Shown here: positions 55,656 through 64,000 of the stretch, piece by piece
Position numbering within the stretch: position 1 is the stretch's first letter
Layout of the letters: each line of letters begins with the position of its first letter
Source: a virus
Strand: one strand, 5' to 3'
IMG/VR virus record: IMGVR_UViG_3300045988_155830
Coordinates: 1 to 64,000 of that record
DNA: 64,000 nt
Made by a program: the position numbers and the translations under genes
Notes under the pieces: model-generated
Databases searched by the model: none
Told to the model about the DNA's origin: nothing
Seen by the model: only the letters and a program-made list of their open reading frames with translations

Positions 55656-58600
55656 TTATCAATGATAAGAGAGCATTAGCCTATATCGTAACCATTGATG
55701 AAATTAGACCTATTCCGAATTACGATAGGGTTGAACACGCTCGTACAAATGGATGGTGGTGTGTAACTCGTCTTAATGAATTAAAAGTTGGAGACAAAGC
55801 GGTTTATTTTGAAGTCGATAGCAAAGTGCCGGCAGATGATGAGAGATTTAGTTTCCTTGAGGCTAAACACTACAAGATTAAAACTCAAAAAATGTGTGGA
55901 GTTTTTTCACAAGGTTTGCTAATGCCAGTTACATTATTTCCTGAATTAGCGGATATGGAAGTCGGAACAGATGTTACTGATATTCTTAAAGTTACATATT
56001 CTGTCATTGAAGATAATACAAGAAAATCCAAAAATGGAGACCCTGATGCAAAATATAAGTCTATGGCACAGCGACATCAAAAGATTTTTAAGAAACCTAT
56101 TGTGCGAAAGATTATGAAACACAAGCTCGGCAGAAAGATTATGTTCCTTTTCTTTGGAAAAAAGAAAGATAAACCATTATCATTTCCGACACATTTCCCA
56201 TTTGTTCATAAGACAGATGAAGAAAGGTGTTTAATTGGCGATACAAAAGTCCAAACAAACAATGGTGTTTTAAAAATTGCCGACATAGTAAATAAAGAGT
56301 TGCCTGTTGAGGTTTTATCTTATAATGAGAAAACAAAAACAGTTGAATATAAACCGATTATTTCTTATCAAAAATTTGCGAAGAAAGAAGATGAAGATTT
56401 AATCGAAATAAAATATCCTTACAGATTTGGAAATCAAAAAACAAATACTATTCGTTGCACCCCAGACCATAAATTTTATAATGGTTCAACTTATGTACGA
56501 GCTGATGAAATTCATCAAGGTGATAAAATTTTTATTCACCATCATTGTTATGATGACTATGTTATTCAAGTTGTTTTTGGAATGCTACTTGGAGATTCTT
56601 CAATTTATTATGATAAGAGAAGTGGTAGTAATAATATCCGCATCCAAACCTCACAAGGCGAAAAACAATTAGATTACTTAAAAATGAAGCAATCGTTGTT
56701 TGGAGAACAATTCTTTAAGATTTCCAAATGTAAAAGCGGATATTGTGACAATGTGGTTTATAAAGGGTGTCTATCGGCTGATTACAATATTTCTAAAGCT
56801 GTATTAGAAAATTGTTTTATTAACAATAAGAAAACAATTACACCTACAATGTTAAAATATATTACGCCACTTTCTCTCGCAATTTGGTATATGGATGATG
56901 GCAACCTTAAACATAAATATGATAGTTGTAGTCCATCAATTATTATTTCTACTTGTGGTTTTTCAAAAAATGAAAATGAATTGCTAATTGATATGTTGAG
57001 AAATAATTTTGGAATTGAGTGCAACTTGCGTAGAGAGAAAAATAAATATTGGAGCATTTATATTACAACTGAAGGAACAAAGAAGTTCCTAAAACTCATT
57101 ACTCAATATATCCCACCGTGTATGAGGTATAAAACATTACAAGAATATGAGAATGATTATTTTTCTATCCAAGATTTAAGATATAAAAAGCAGGAACGAT
57201 TGATGCCCATACCAGTAATATCAATTAAAAAATATAAGGGTATTAGACGATATAAAACTGTTTTTGATATTGAAGTTAAAGATAATCATAATTTCTTTGC
57301 GAACAATATATTAACTCATAATTGTGAGAATATGCCGTGGGTTCTTGGATATGAAAGACCGTTAATCGTGACTGAAAAACTTGATGGTTGTCTTGATAGA
57401 GATGTTAGCGTTGTTACAGATGCTGGTTCGTTTAAGATTTCAGAAATTGTAAACAAAAAACTTCCTGTGAATGTTCTCACTTATAATTCTAATTTGAATA
57501 TTTGCGAATACAAACCGATTGTAGATTATCACAAATGGGAAAGAGTATCGGATATGTATGACATAGTAGTATCTCAACAAGGTTATAAGTGTGAAAACAA
57601 ACCGAAACATATTCGCTGTACAAGTGAACACAGCTTTTATGTTGGTAACAATCAATACATAAAAGCTAAAGACTTAAAAAATACTGATATAATTTATCAT
57701 AGATATGAAATTATTGATACATTAGTAAAAGAAATCTTATTGGGAATTTTGCTTGGAGATGCCTCATTATCTTCTAAATACGGAGTAATAAATGGTGGCG
57801 TTGATTTTAGTCATTCTATTAAACAGAAAGATTATTTTAATGAGATAAAAAGATTGTTGGGTCAAAATATTTCAATAGATACAACAAAATCGGGATATAA
57901 TTCTGAAATGTTAAGAGGTCATTTTTATACTAATTCAGAATTTAAGGAGTTGTCAAATAAAATATGTGTAAGAAATCACAAAAAATATGTAACACAAGAA
58001 TGGGCAAATGAATTAACTCCCATATCTCTTGCATTTTGGTATATGGACGATGGAACTATCTCAAATGCTGATTCAAAGTTGTCAAGACCTACAATTAGTA
58101 TTGCTACAAATGGTTTTAGTTATGAGGAATGCGAAAACTTAAAAAGAGCATTATCAACAAAGTTTAATATTGAATCAGACATAAAAATGGGAGAATCATA
58201 TAAAGGGAATACACTCTATATGAATACAATGAATACGGCTAAATTTGCTTCCTTGATTGCTCCATATATTTGCGATGGTATGAAGTACAAGTTGCCAAAA
58301 TCAATGAGAAATATTAAGTATTGTCTCGGAGATTATATAGCGAGCAATGGTAGCTCAATTACTCCCACGAAAATTATTTCTGTAAGAAAAATTGACAATT
58401 ATAACCGCAAATATGTTTTTGATTTAACAGTCAAAGATAACCATAACTATTTTGCAAACGGTATTTTAACACACAATACCTCATCTACATATATTCTTGA
58501 AAGAAAAGGCAAGAAAAAATTCGAGTTTTATGTTCTATCAAGAAATGTTCGTCAAAAGACACCTGACCAAAAGTGCTACCACGATAAGAATATTTACTGG

Positions 58601-59011
58601 GATATGGCTATTAAAAACAATATTGAGCAACGCCTAAAAGAATATCTTATTGCAAATCCAGACTTGAAATATGTCTGCATACAAGGGGAGTCTGTTGGTA
58701 GTGTTCAAGGAAATCCACTTAAATTAAACGAAGATGAACTCTATGTATTTAACTTCATTCGTTCCGATGTGGGTAGATTATCATCTATTGACGGAAAAGA
58801 AATTATTGAGAGTTGGGGTATGAAATTTGTCCCAATATTGGAAACAGAATATTATGTACCAACTGATATGGAAACATTCAAAGAGTATGCAACTGCAAAA
58901 TCTGTTGTAAATCCGAATGTATTGCGTGAGGGCATTGTGCTTCGTGACCCGACCAATGATTTTAGCTTTAAGAATGTTTCCCGTGAGTATTTATTAAAAC
59001 ACGGAGGTTAA
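55652..59011 (+). CDS. RNA/DNA-ligase-family nucleotidyltransferase (KxDG) interrupted by two LAGLIDADG inteins; the extein is about 391 aa
   Basis: Extein motifs TEKLDG|TSST (motif I), IQGESVG (motif IV) and FSFK (motif V); two insertions with the intein hallmarks Cys1 and ..THN followed by C or T. Confidence 0.65.
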   Translation: MIINDKRALAYIVTIDEIRPIPNYDRVEHARTNGWWCVTRLNELKVGDKAVYFEVDSKVPADDERFSFLEAKHYKIKTQKMCGVFSQGLLMPVTLFPELADMEVGTDVTDILKVTYSVIEDNTRKSKNGDPDAKYKSMAQRHQKIFKKPIVRKIMKHKLGRKIMFLFFGKKKDKPLSFPTHFPFVHKTDEERCLIGDTKVQTNNGVLKIADIVNKELPVEVLSYNEKTKTVEYKPIISYQKFAKKEDEDLIEIKYPYRFGNQKTNTIRCTPDHKFYNGSTYVRADEIHQGDKIFIHHHCYDDYVIQVVFGMLLGDSSIYYDKRSGSNNIRIQTSQGEKQLDYLKMKQSLFGEQFFKISKCKSGYCDNVVYKGCLSADYNISKAVLENCFINNKKTITPTMLKYITPLSLAIWYMDDGNLKHKYDSCSPSIIISTCGFSKNENELLIDMLRNNFGIECNLRREKNKYWSIYITTEGTKKFLKLITQYIPPCMRYKTLQEYENDYFSIQDLRYKKQERLMPIPVISIKKYKGIRRYKTVFDIEVKDNHNFFANNILTHNCENMPWVLGYERPLIVTEKLDGCLDRDVSVVTDAGSFKISEIVNKKLPVNVLTYNSNLNICEYKPIVDYHKWERVSDMYDIVVSQQGYKCENKPKHIRCTSEHSFYVGNNQYIKAKDLKNTDIIYHRYEIIDTLVKEILLGILLGDASLSSKYGVINGGVDFSHSIKQKDYFNEIKRLLGQNISIDTTKSGYNSEMLRGHFYTNSEFKELSNKICVRNHKKYVTQEWANELTPISLAFWYMDDGTISNADSKLSRPTISIATNGFSYEECENLKRALSTKFNIESDIKMGESYKGNTLYMNTMNTAKFASLIAPYICDGMKYKLPKSMRNIKYCLGDYIASNGSSITPTKIISVRKIDNYNRKYVFDLTVKDNHNYFANGILTHNTSSTYILERKGKKKFEFYVLSRNVRQKTPDQKCYHDKNIYWDMAIKNNIEQRLKEYLIANPDLKYVCIQGESVGSVQGNPLKLNEDELYVFNFIRSDVGRLSSIDGKEIIESWGMKFVPILETEYYVPTDMETFKEYATAKSVVNPNVLREGIVLRDPTNDFSFKNVSREYLLKHGG
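56228..57322 (+). mobile_element. intein 1 (365 aa, LAGLIDADG homing-endonuclease type)
   Basis: Begins CLIGDT; internal LLGDSSIYY and AIWYMDDGN; ends NILTHN with C+1 (CENMP). Confidence 0.75.
57389..58477 (+). mobile_element. intein 2 (363 aa, LAGLIDADG type), inserted directly after the KxDG glycine
   Basis: Begins CLDRDV; internal LLGDASL and AFWYMDDGT; ends GILTHN with T+1. Confidence 0.75.
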
Positions 59012-59015
59012 GCAA

Positions 59016-59345
59016 ATGGCAATAACTAATGAGGAAGAAATTATGCTTGAAAAGTTATTCAGAACTGAATTACAGAAACATTTTTTGCGTGGTATCAAAG
59101 TCGGTATTCAAACTTGCAGTAAGGTTTGTCTTGAAAAACTTAATGACAATTCCAAGCCGTTAATGAAACGAATTGAAAATATCAAGAAATATTGTGCTGT
59201 TGCAACACAACTAGATTTTCTTACTAAAGGTATTGATGATACACCTTCAAAAGAAGATGTACCTGAAATTAAAGAAGTTGTGGTAGAAAAATCGGCACAG
59301 CAAAATTCTGATGAAACAAATGTTTCGCAATCCCCCAATAATTGA
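59016..59345 (+). CDS. hypothetical protein
   Basis: 109-aa ORF. Confidence 0.45.
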   Translation: MAITNEEEIMLEKLFRTELQKHFLRGIKVGIQTCSKVCLEKLNDNSKPLMKRIENIKKYCAVATQLDFLTKGIDDTPSKEDVPEIKEVVVEKSAQQNSDETNVSQSPNN

Positions 59346-59415
59346 GGGCTTGAATAACATTATTTGAAAATAAAACTACAATTTTATTTATAAAGATAAG
59401 AAAAGGGCAAATATT

Positions 59416-60420
59416 ATGAAATCAATTGTCAACTATAAAAGAATATGTGATAAACCATTCCTGATTATGATGTGTGGCCTGCCCGGAAGTGGCAAAAGTA
59501 CATTTGCTGAAAATTCCATCACGGTAACTTCGGGTGTAAAGCAGTATAAACCTGTAATCCATTCTTCTGATGGTTTACGCAAAGAGATTTATGGAAATGA
59601 ATCAACACAAGGAGATGCTAATAAGGTATTTGGAGAATTACATAAACGTATTAAGAACGACCTTATTGCCGGCAAAGATGTTATTTATGATGCGACTTGC
59701 ATTAAAAAGAAACAGCGTATTCAGTTTCTCAAAGAATTAAAAAATATATCTTGCACTCCTGTCTGTATTTGTATGGCAACAGAATATTCACTTTGTCTAT
59801 ATAACAATGAGCATAGAGAAAGAAAAGTACCTGTTGATGTTATTAAGCGTATGCAAATGAACTGGCAGCCTCCTCATTATAATGAAGGCTTTGAACAGAT
59901 TACATATATATTTTCTTATCTTGATAAAAATTACAATATAGTCAATGCAAGTCAAAAAGATAAATATAACCTCGGAAAATTCTTTGAAATAGCTAATTCA
60001 TTTGACCAAGAAAACCACCATCATAAACTTACACTTGGCAAACATTGTGAAAATGCAGGTCAAGGAATACAAGCAACAAACCCAGATAATTTTTGGCTTT
60101 TGATTGCTACTTTATTACACGATAATGGCAAGTTATATACAAAGACAAAAACTAATGCAAGAGGTATTGAAGATGGTGATTGCCACTATTACCAACATCA
60201 TTGTGTTGGAGCATATAATGCAATGTTCTATCTTCATAGTTTTGAAGATATTGAAGAAAAGAACATTGCATATGTTACGAATCTGATTTATTACCATATG
60301 CACCCGTATAATGAGTGGAAGCATTCTGAAAGAGTGCATAATAAAGATAAGTTACTTCTTGGCAAAAAATTATATAACGATATTCAACTGTTGCACGAAG
60401 CAGATTTGCTTGCACATTGA
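59416..60420 (+). CDS. polynucleotide-kinase-like P-loop kinase fused to an HD-domain phosphohydrolase
   Basis: N-terminal MMCGLPGSGKST (Walker A, T4 Pnk-like); C-terminal LIATLLHDNGK (HD motif). Confidence 0.6.
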   Translation: MKSIVNYKRICDKPFLIMMCGLPGSGKSTFAENSITVTSGVKQYKPVIHSSDGLRKEIYGNESTQGDANKVFGELHKRIKNDLIAGKDVIYDATCIKKKQRIQFLKELKNISCTPVCICMATEYSLCLYNNEHRERKVPVDVIKRMQMNWQPPHYNEGFEQITYIFSYLDKNYNIVNASQKDKYNLGKFFEIANSFDQENHHHKLTLGKHCENAGQGIQATNPDNFWLLIATLLHDNGKLYTKTKTNARGIEDGDCHYYQHHCVGAYNAMFYLHSFEDIEEKNIAYVTNLIYYHMHPYNEWKHSERVHNKDKLLLGKKLYNDIQLLHEADLLAH

Positions 60421-60434
60421 TGGAGGTTTTAACA

Positions 60435-60755
60435 ATGAAACTAATTGATAGAGAGCGTGGTTCTGGCAAAACTACGAAGTTGATTTATACAAGTGAAATG
60501 ACAGGTTATCCGATAGTGACACAAAATAGTCAAAGCGTAGAACATATAATAAGGCAAGCACAAGAGCTTGGTGCTAAAATTCCCAAGCCTATGACTGTCA
60601 AAGAAGTGTGTACTGTTCGAGGTATTAGGTTTGATAAGATACTTATAGATGAAGGTTTTTCGATTATCGAGAACGCCTTGAAGGCTTATTTTAACGGAGT
60701 AGGAGTCGCAACTGTTACATTCACTTCAAATGATTACAATAACACCTTCGGGTGA
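60435..60755 (+). CDS. small P-loop protein
   Basis: RGSGKTT; ATG 60435 with RBS GGAGG. Confidence 0.4.
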   Translation: MKLIDRERGSGKTTKLIYTSEMTGYPIVTQNSQSVEHIIRQAQELGAKIPKPMTVKEVCTVRGIRFDKILIDEGFSIIENALKAYFNGVGVATVTFTSNDYNNTFG

Positions 60756-60868
60756 TAATATATATACCTTACTTTGAAAAGTGGTGGTTCATTATGATTG
60801 TAAGAAACAAGTAAGAGCAAAACGAAAATAAATGATTAAAATTATTAAGATAGGAGAAAAATACAGAA

Positions 60869-61498
60869 ATGGCAGAAAGTATTTTTGAGACCTTAAACAA
60901 GGTTGATGTATCTAATAAGACCAAAGAAAAAGGTGGTCTTACATATCTTTCTTGGTCATCTGCTTGGGCAGAAGTCAAGAAAAAATATCCAGAAGCAACA
61001 TATGAAATTATTTCACAGGTCGTTGATGAAGGTGGAAACACGAGATTCTGGCACGATGACGGCAAGACCGGATGGGTTGAAGTTAAAGTAACCATTGGAG
61101 ATATTTCTCATACAGAGGTTCTTGCAATTATGGACTTTAAAAATAAGTCAATCCCTGCTGAAAACATTACATCTGTTGATGCAAACAAGTCCTTAAAGCG
61201 TTGTCTTGTTAAAGCTCTTGCTATGCACGGTCTTGGATTATATATCTACGAGGGAGAAGATTTGCCGGAGGAAGCCTCAAAGACAATCGAACTCAAAGAT
61301 AAGATTAAGGAACTTGTTAATAAAAAGGTTAAGTTATCAGATAAGGCAAAGGAAAAAGTTGCCGAACTTTGCAAAGCCGCAGAGAAACAGGCTAATCCTA
61401 CTCTTGATGATGATTTGATTACGGGAAATTACAACAATATCGAAGATGCCGAAGTGCTTGCTAATCTCGAAAGGCAGCTTTTGGCAGTAAGAAAGTAA
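60869..61498 (+). CDS. Rad52-family single-strand annealing protein (Sak-like)
   Basis: GGLTYLSWSSAWAEV and C-terminal MHGLGLYIYEGEDLP resemble the lactococcal phage Sak pattern (..LEYLSWAQVW.. / ..GLGLYLY). Confidence 0.6.
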   Translation: MAESIFETLNKVDVSNKTKEKGGLTYLSWSSAWAEVKKKYPEATYEIISQVVDEGGNTRFWHDDGKTGWVEVKVTIGDISHTEVLAIMDFKNKSIPAENITSVDANKSLKRCLVKALAMHGLGLYIYEGEDLPEEASKTIELKDKIKELVNKKVKLSDKAKEKVAELCKAAEKQANPTLDDDLITGNYNNIEDAEVLANLERQLLAVRK

Positions 61499-61513
61499 AG
61501 TGAGGTAAATATT

Positions 61514-61948
61514 ATGGGATTTAGACAGGCAGACAACGAAGGTCGTGGTGGTTTCGCACGCATTTGGTCTATCGAGAACAAGGGTAACTATTCAGTTGCA
61601 AAAATCAGTACAAGTAAAAAACGCAAAGATGGAGGTGGTTATGAGACCGATTTCCAGGACGGATTTGTTCGTTTAATTGGTTCTGCTCACGAAAAAGGTA
61701 AGACTTTAACCGTGACAGAAAAAGGTGTAGCAATTCAAATTACATCTTGCGAGGTTACTACCCCTTACAATGCAGAAACCAAAAAAGGTTATACAAACTA
61801 TGCAATTTTTGCTTTCAATATTCCCGAAGGCAATGATAATTCATCGACAACAAAGGGCGGCAAGAAGTCATCGGCAAAGACTTCAAAGGCAAAGACTAAA
61901 AAGGCTGCCGAAGTCGCAGATGAGCCAGAAGATGAGCTTCCGTTCTAA
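61514..61948 (+). CDS. ssb: single-stranded DNA-binding protein
   Basis: OB-fold-like N-terminus, Gly/Ser-rich linker, and acidic C-terminal tail ending DEPEDELPF. Confidence 0.7.
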   Translation: MGFRQADNEGRGGFARIWSIENKGNYSVAKISTSKKRKDGGGYETDFQDGFVRLIGSAHEKGKTLTVTEKGVAIQITSCEVTTPYNAETKKGYTNYAIFAFNIPEGNDNSSTTKGGKKSSAKTSKAKTKKAAEVADEPEDELPF

Positions 61949-62565
61949 TGGCTGAAACAAATCCTAATGTTGAGAGGTTTGAACAGTTATTAAAAAGCAC
62001 TAATAGAGAAGGTATAGATAGTCTGATTGACTTTATTAGGAAGTCAGACTTCTATACTGCTCCTGCATCAACAAGATTTCATTCTTGTCACGAAGGTGGG
62101 TTGTTAGAGCATACATTACTTGTTTATGACCGTCTCAACACAAAATTTGAAGATAAATTGTGGAGTGAGAAAGTTGATGTCAAAATTGAAAACATCATTA
62201 TTGCCGCACTACTTCACGATTTATGTAAGGTATATTACTACGGAACAGAGTTAAAAAATAAGAAGATTTACAGTGACCACGGAAAGAAATCAGATAGCAA
62301 TGGCAGGTATGATTGGGAGACAATTCCGGCTTATACAGTGGATGATAAAATCCCTTACGGTCACGGAGAAAAGTCAGCAATGATGGTAGAAGAATTTATC
62401 CGTTTAGAACCAGTTGAAAGATACGCTATTCGTTGGCATATGGGCTTTACAGAGCCTAAAGAGAATTGGAATACTCTTGGATGTGCAATTCGCAAATATC
62501 CTCTTATTTTGGCTCTACATACATCGGATTTAGAAGCAACATACTTGTTAGAAAAGGAAGAATAA
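61948..62565 (+). CDS. HD-domain phosphohydrolase
   Basis: H..H...D pattern; IAALLHDLCK. Confidence 0.6.
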   Translation: MAETNPNVERFEQLLKSTNREGIDSLIDFIRKSDFYTAPASTRFHSCHEGGLLEHTLLVYDRLNTKFEDKLWSEKVDVKIENIIIAALLHDLCKVYYYGTELKNKKIYSDHGKKSDSNGRYDWETIPAYTVDDKIPYGHGEKSAMMVEEFIRLEPVERYAIRWHMGFTEPKENWNTLGCAIRKYPLILALHTSDLEATYLLEKEE

Positions 62566-62568
62566 TAT

Positions 62569-63114
62569 ATGAGCAAAAAAACTGACATTAAGGTTTGCAG
62601 ATATGTTGACTGCCCATACGGAAAAGAAATTGATATTACCAAAGATGATTATAGAGTAGTCGGTAAAACAATGTATTATCACACTGATTGCCTCAAGAAG
62701 AAAAAAAAAGGTGAATGGAAAGATGAAAAAACAAAAGCCGATTTACAATATATCAAAAATGGTTGGGTTACTCATATTAGTAAAACCGTTATTTATAGTC
62801 AGTTGTTTCAATGCTTAAATGAACTCATTGCTCGTGGTATTTCTTCGGATTATCTTGTATTTGTGTTTGACTATATAGTTAGTCACAAATTGAATTTAAG
62901 GCATCCAAAAGGTTTCAAATATTTTGTTGATAAAGATGAAATAAAGGTTGCTTATAAGAAACAGCAGTCGCAGAAAATCAGTTCAATAAAACCAAGCAAT
63001 TTTTCCGGTACTACTGATAGTTCGGATGTTCCGAAGTTTGCTCTTAATAGAAAACCGAATGGATTTGGAAGTATTCTAAATCACAAGGAGTCAATAGATG
63101 AGAAAAAAGTATAA
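62569..63114 (+). CDS. hypothetical protein
   Basis: 181-aa ORF. Confidence 0.45.
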   Translation: MSKKTDIKVCRYVDCPYGKEIDITKDDYRVVGKTMYYHTDCLKKKKKGEWKDEKTKADLQYIKNGWVTHISKTVIYSQLFQCLNELIARGISSDYLVFVFDYIVSHKLNLRHPKGFKYFVDKDEIKVAYKKQQSQKISSIKPSNFSGTTDSSDVPKFALNRKPNGFGSILNHKESIDEKKV

Positions 63115-63283
63115 CACATATGATTTAGATTCCTTAATGAGTGTTAAAAATCAACGAATCAATTTAGGTAGATTCGATACTCTTGAAGATGCCATTGCTG
63201 CAAAACATAAGGCTCAAAATGAATATTATAAAAAATTTTCATATTTGAATAGCATTAAGCAAAGTGAAAGGATAGGTGAATGA
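63098..63283 (+). CDS. hypothetical small protein
   Basis: 61-aa ORF. Confidence 0.35.
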   Translation: MRKKYNTYDLDSLMSVKNQRINLGRFDTLEDAIAAKHKAQNEYYKKFSYLNSIKQSERIGE

Positions 63284-64000
63284 TATAAATACAAAAATTG
63301 AAGAATTATCAGATATACAATCTGAAAGTGGCATTATAGGAACACTCATTTATCATCCTGAATTTGTTCTTCATACTGATTATCTTAAACCAAATTATTT
63401 TTATGGCGTAGAGAATGGTTGTTGTTACTGGGCTATTCAAGAACTTTATAGAGAAGGCATTACAAATATTGATGCCTATAATATCTCAAATAAATTGCAA
63501 AGCCATCCAGGAGTAAGCAAAACAATCGAAAAATATAATATGCCAGCGGTACAAGATTTTATTGAACTCTATAAAGAAATCGCAAGACACTCTTTAGAGG
63601 AATATAAAATGCTTGCCGACAATATTGTGACCCTCGCCTTTAAGCGTGACTTGGTTAAAACTTTAGACAAAGTATCAAGAAGTTGTTTTAAGAATGATAT
63701 TGACCTTGATACATTAAGCAACAATGTATATGACGAACTTGATAACCTCACGCAAAAATATATATCCAGCACAGAAATACATACTCTCGGTACAGAAATA
63801 GATAGTATTTGGGAAGAAATATGCAATCGCCGTTCAGACAATGGTGTTTATGGAATACCATCAAAATTCAACATATTTAATGATTATTTCACTTACGAAA
63901 CTGGCGAATTAGTGGTAGTTCAAGCAAAATATAAAAGAGGTAAATCTGTTCTGCTTATGAACGAAGTTGTTCATAAACTTAGGAACGGTGTTCCAACTTT
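63276..64000 (+). CDS. replicative DNA helicase (DnaB-like), 5' portion; the gene continues beyond the window
   Basis: N-terminal domain (SESGIIGTLIYHPEF..ENGCCYWAIQELY) and the start of the RecA-like core (GIPSKFNIFNDYF...VVVQAKYKRGKSVLL); GTG start assumed. Confidence 0.6.
   Translation, partial: MNDINTKIEELSDIQSESGIIGTLIYHPEFVLHTDYLKPNYFYGVENGCCYWAIQELYREGITNIDAYNISNKLQSHPGVSKTIEKYNMPAVQDFIELYKEIARHSLEEYKMLADNIVTLAFKRDLVKTLDKVSRSCFKNDIDLDTLSNNVYDELDNLTQKYISSTEIHTLGTEIDSIWEEICNRRSDNGVYGIPSKFNIFNDYFTYETGELVVVQAKYKRGKSVLLMNEVVHKLRNGVPT

Noticed and set aside
58618-58635. Copy of the intergenic motif (acaatattgagcaacgcc) inside the ligase C-extein, taken as an internal promoter
   Set aside because: No -35/-10 follows it and it encodes KNNIEQRLK in frame; likely coincidental, though noted under the motif finding.

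Overview
This window is a 64 kb AT-rich (about one-third GC), gene-dense stretch that reads as a temperate phage or prophage of a low-GC Gram-positive host. The basis for that reading is: about 100 ORFs almost all on the + strand; strong AGGAGG-type ribosome-binding sites; many textbook sigma-70 promoters (TTGACA-17 bp-TATAAT) often paired with a conserved roughly 22-nt intergenic motif; and one minus-strand regulatory island at 45.3-46.8 kb (XRE repressor plus ImmA peptidase with a palindromic operator). A tyrosine integrase lies at 2.2 kb.

Features that stand out:
- A phage-borne miniature type V CRISPR-Cas locus: five 36-bp repeats with four spacers at 14888-15188, followed 19 nt later by a 448-aa TnpB/Cas12f-size RuvC nuclease, embedded in a tRNA cluster.
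- A complete diversity-generating retroelement (DGR): a target gene with a variable repeat (VR), the accessory protein Avd, a template repeat (TR), and a reverse transcriptase carrying the [LI]GxxxSQ motif plus an unusual C-terminal SLOG/DprA-like domain. VR1 differs from TR only at TR adenines (9/9 mismatches). A second, remote VR sits 35 kb away in a paralogous DUF1566-like target.
- A radical-SAM/SPASM-like enzyme followed by three tandem paralogous ORFs that share only a 17-aa N-terminus (MK[IY]R[KT]DFVTNSSSSS), suggesting a RiPP-like cassette.
- At least 10 tRNAs (Gly, Gln, His, Lys, Arg, Leu x2, Ser, Met, and one aberrant copy) plus an array of degenerate tRNA-like units, each headed by a conserved GGCTG-N8-TCATCCTTCTA motif (8 copies).
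- A tRNA-repair toolkit: Thg1-like 3'-5' polymerase, CCA-adding enzyme, P-loop polynucleotide kinase fused to an HD domain, and an RNA-ligase-family protein interrupted by two LAGLIDADG inteins (one exactly at the KxDG motif).
- About 600 bp of ORF-free, structured sequence after tRNA-Ser (candidate large ncRNA), and a promoter-to-terminator ncRNA candidate with a tRNA-like 3' end.
- MetK (SAM synthetase) plus four DNA methyltransferases, NAD+-dependent LigA, a PurA/PurZ-like enzyme, an NMNAT-like enzyme, an ADP-ribosylglycohydrolase, a DHH phosphoesterase, a TerD-domain protein, a flotillin, and a Sak-SSB-HD-DnaB replication module.
- Several genes carry homopolymer frameshifts or an in-frame TAG, most simply explained as assembly indels.

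All coordinates come from reading the sequence; functional calls rest on recognisable motifs and are not database-verified.
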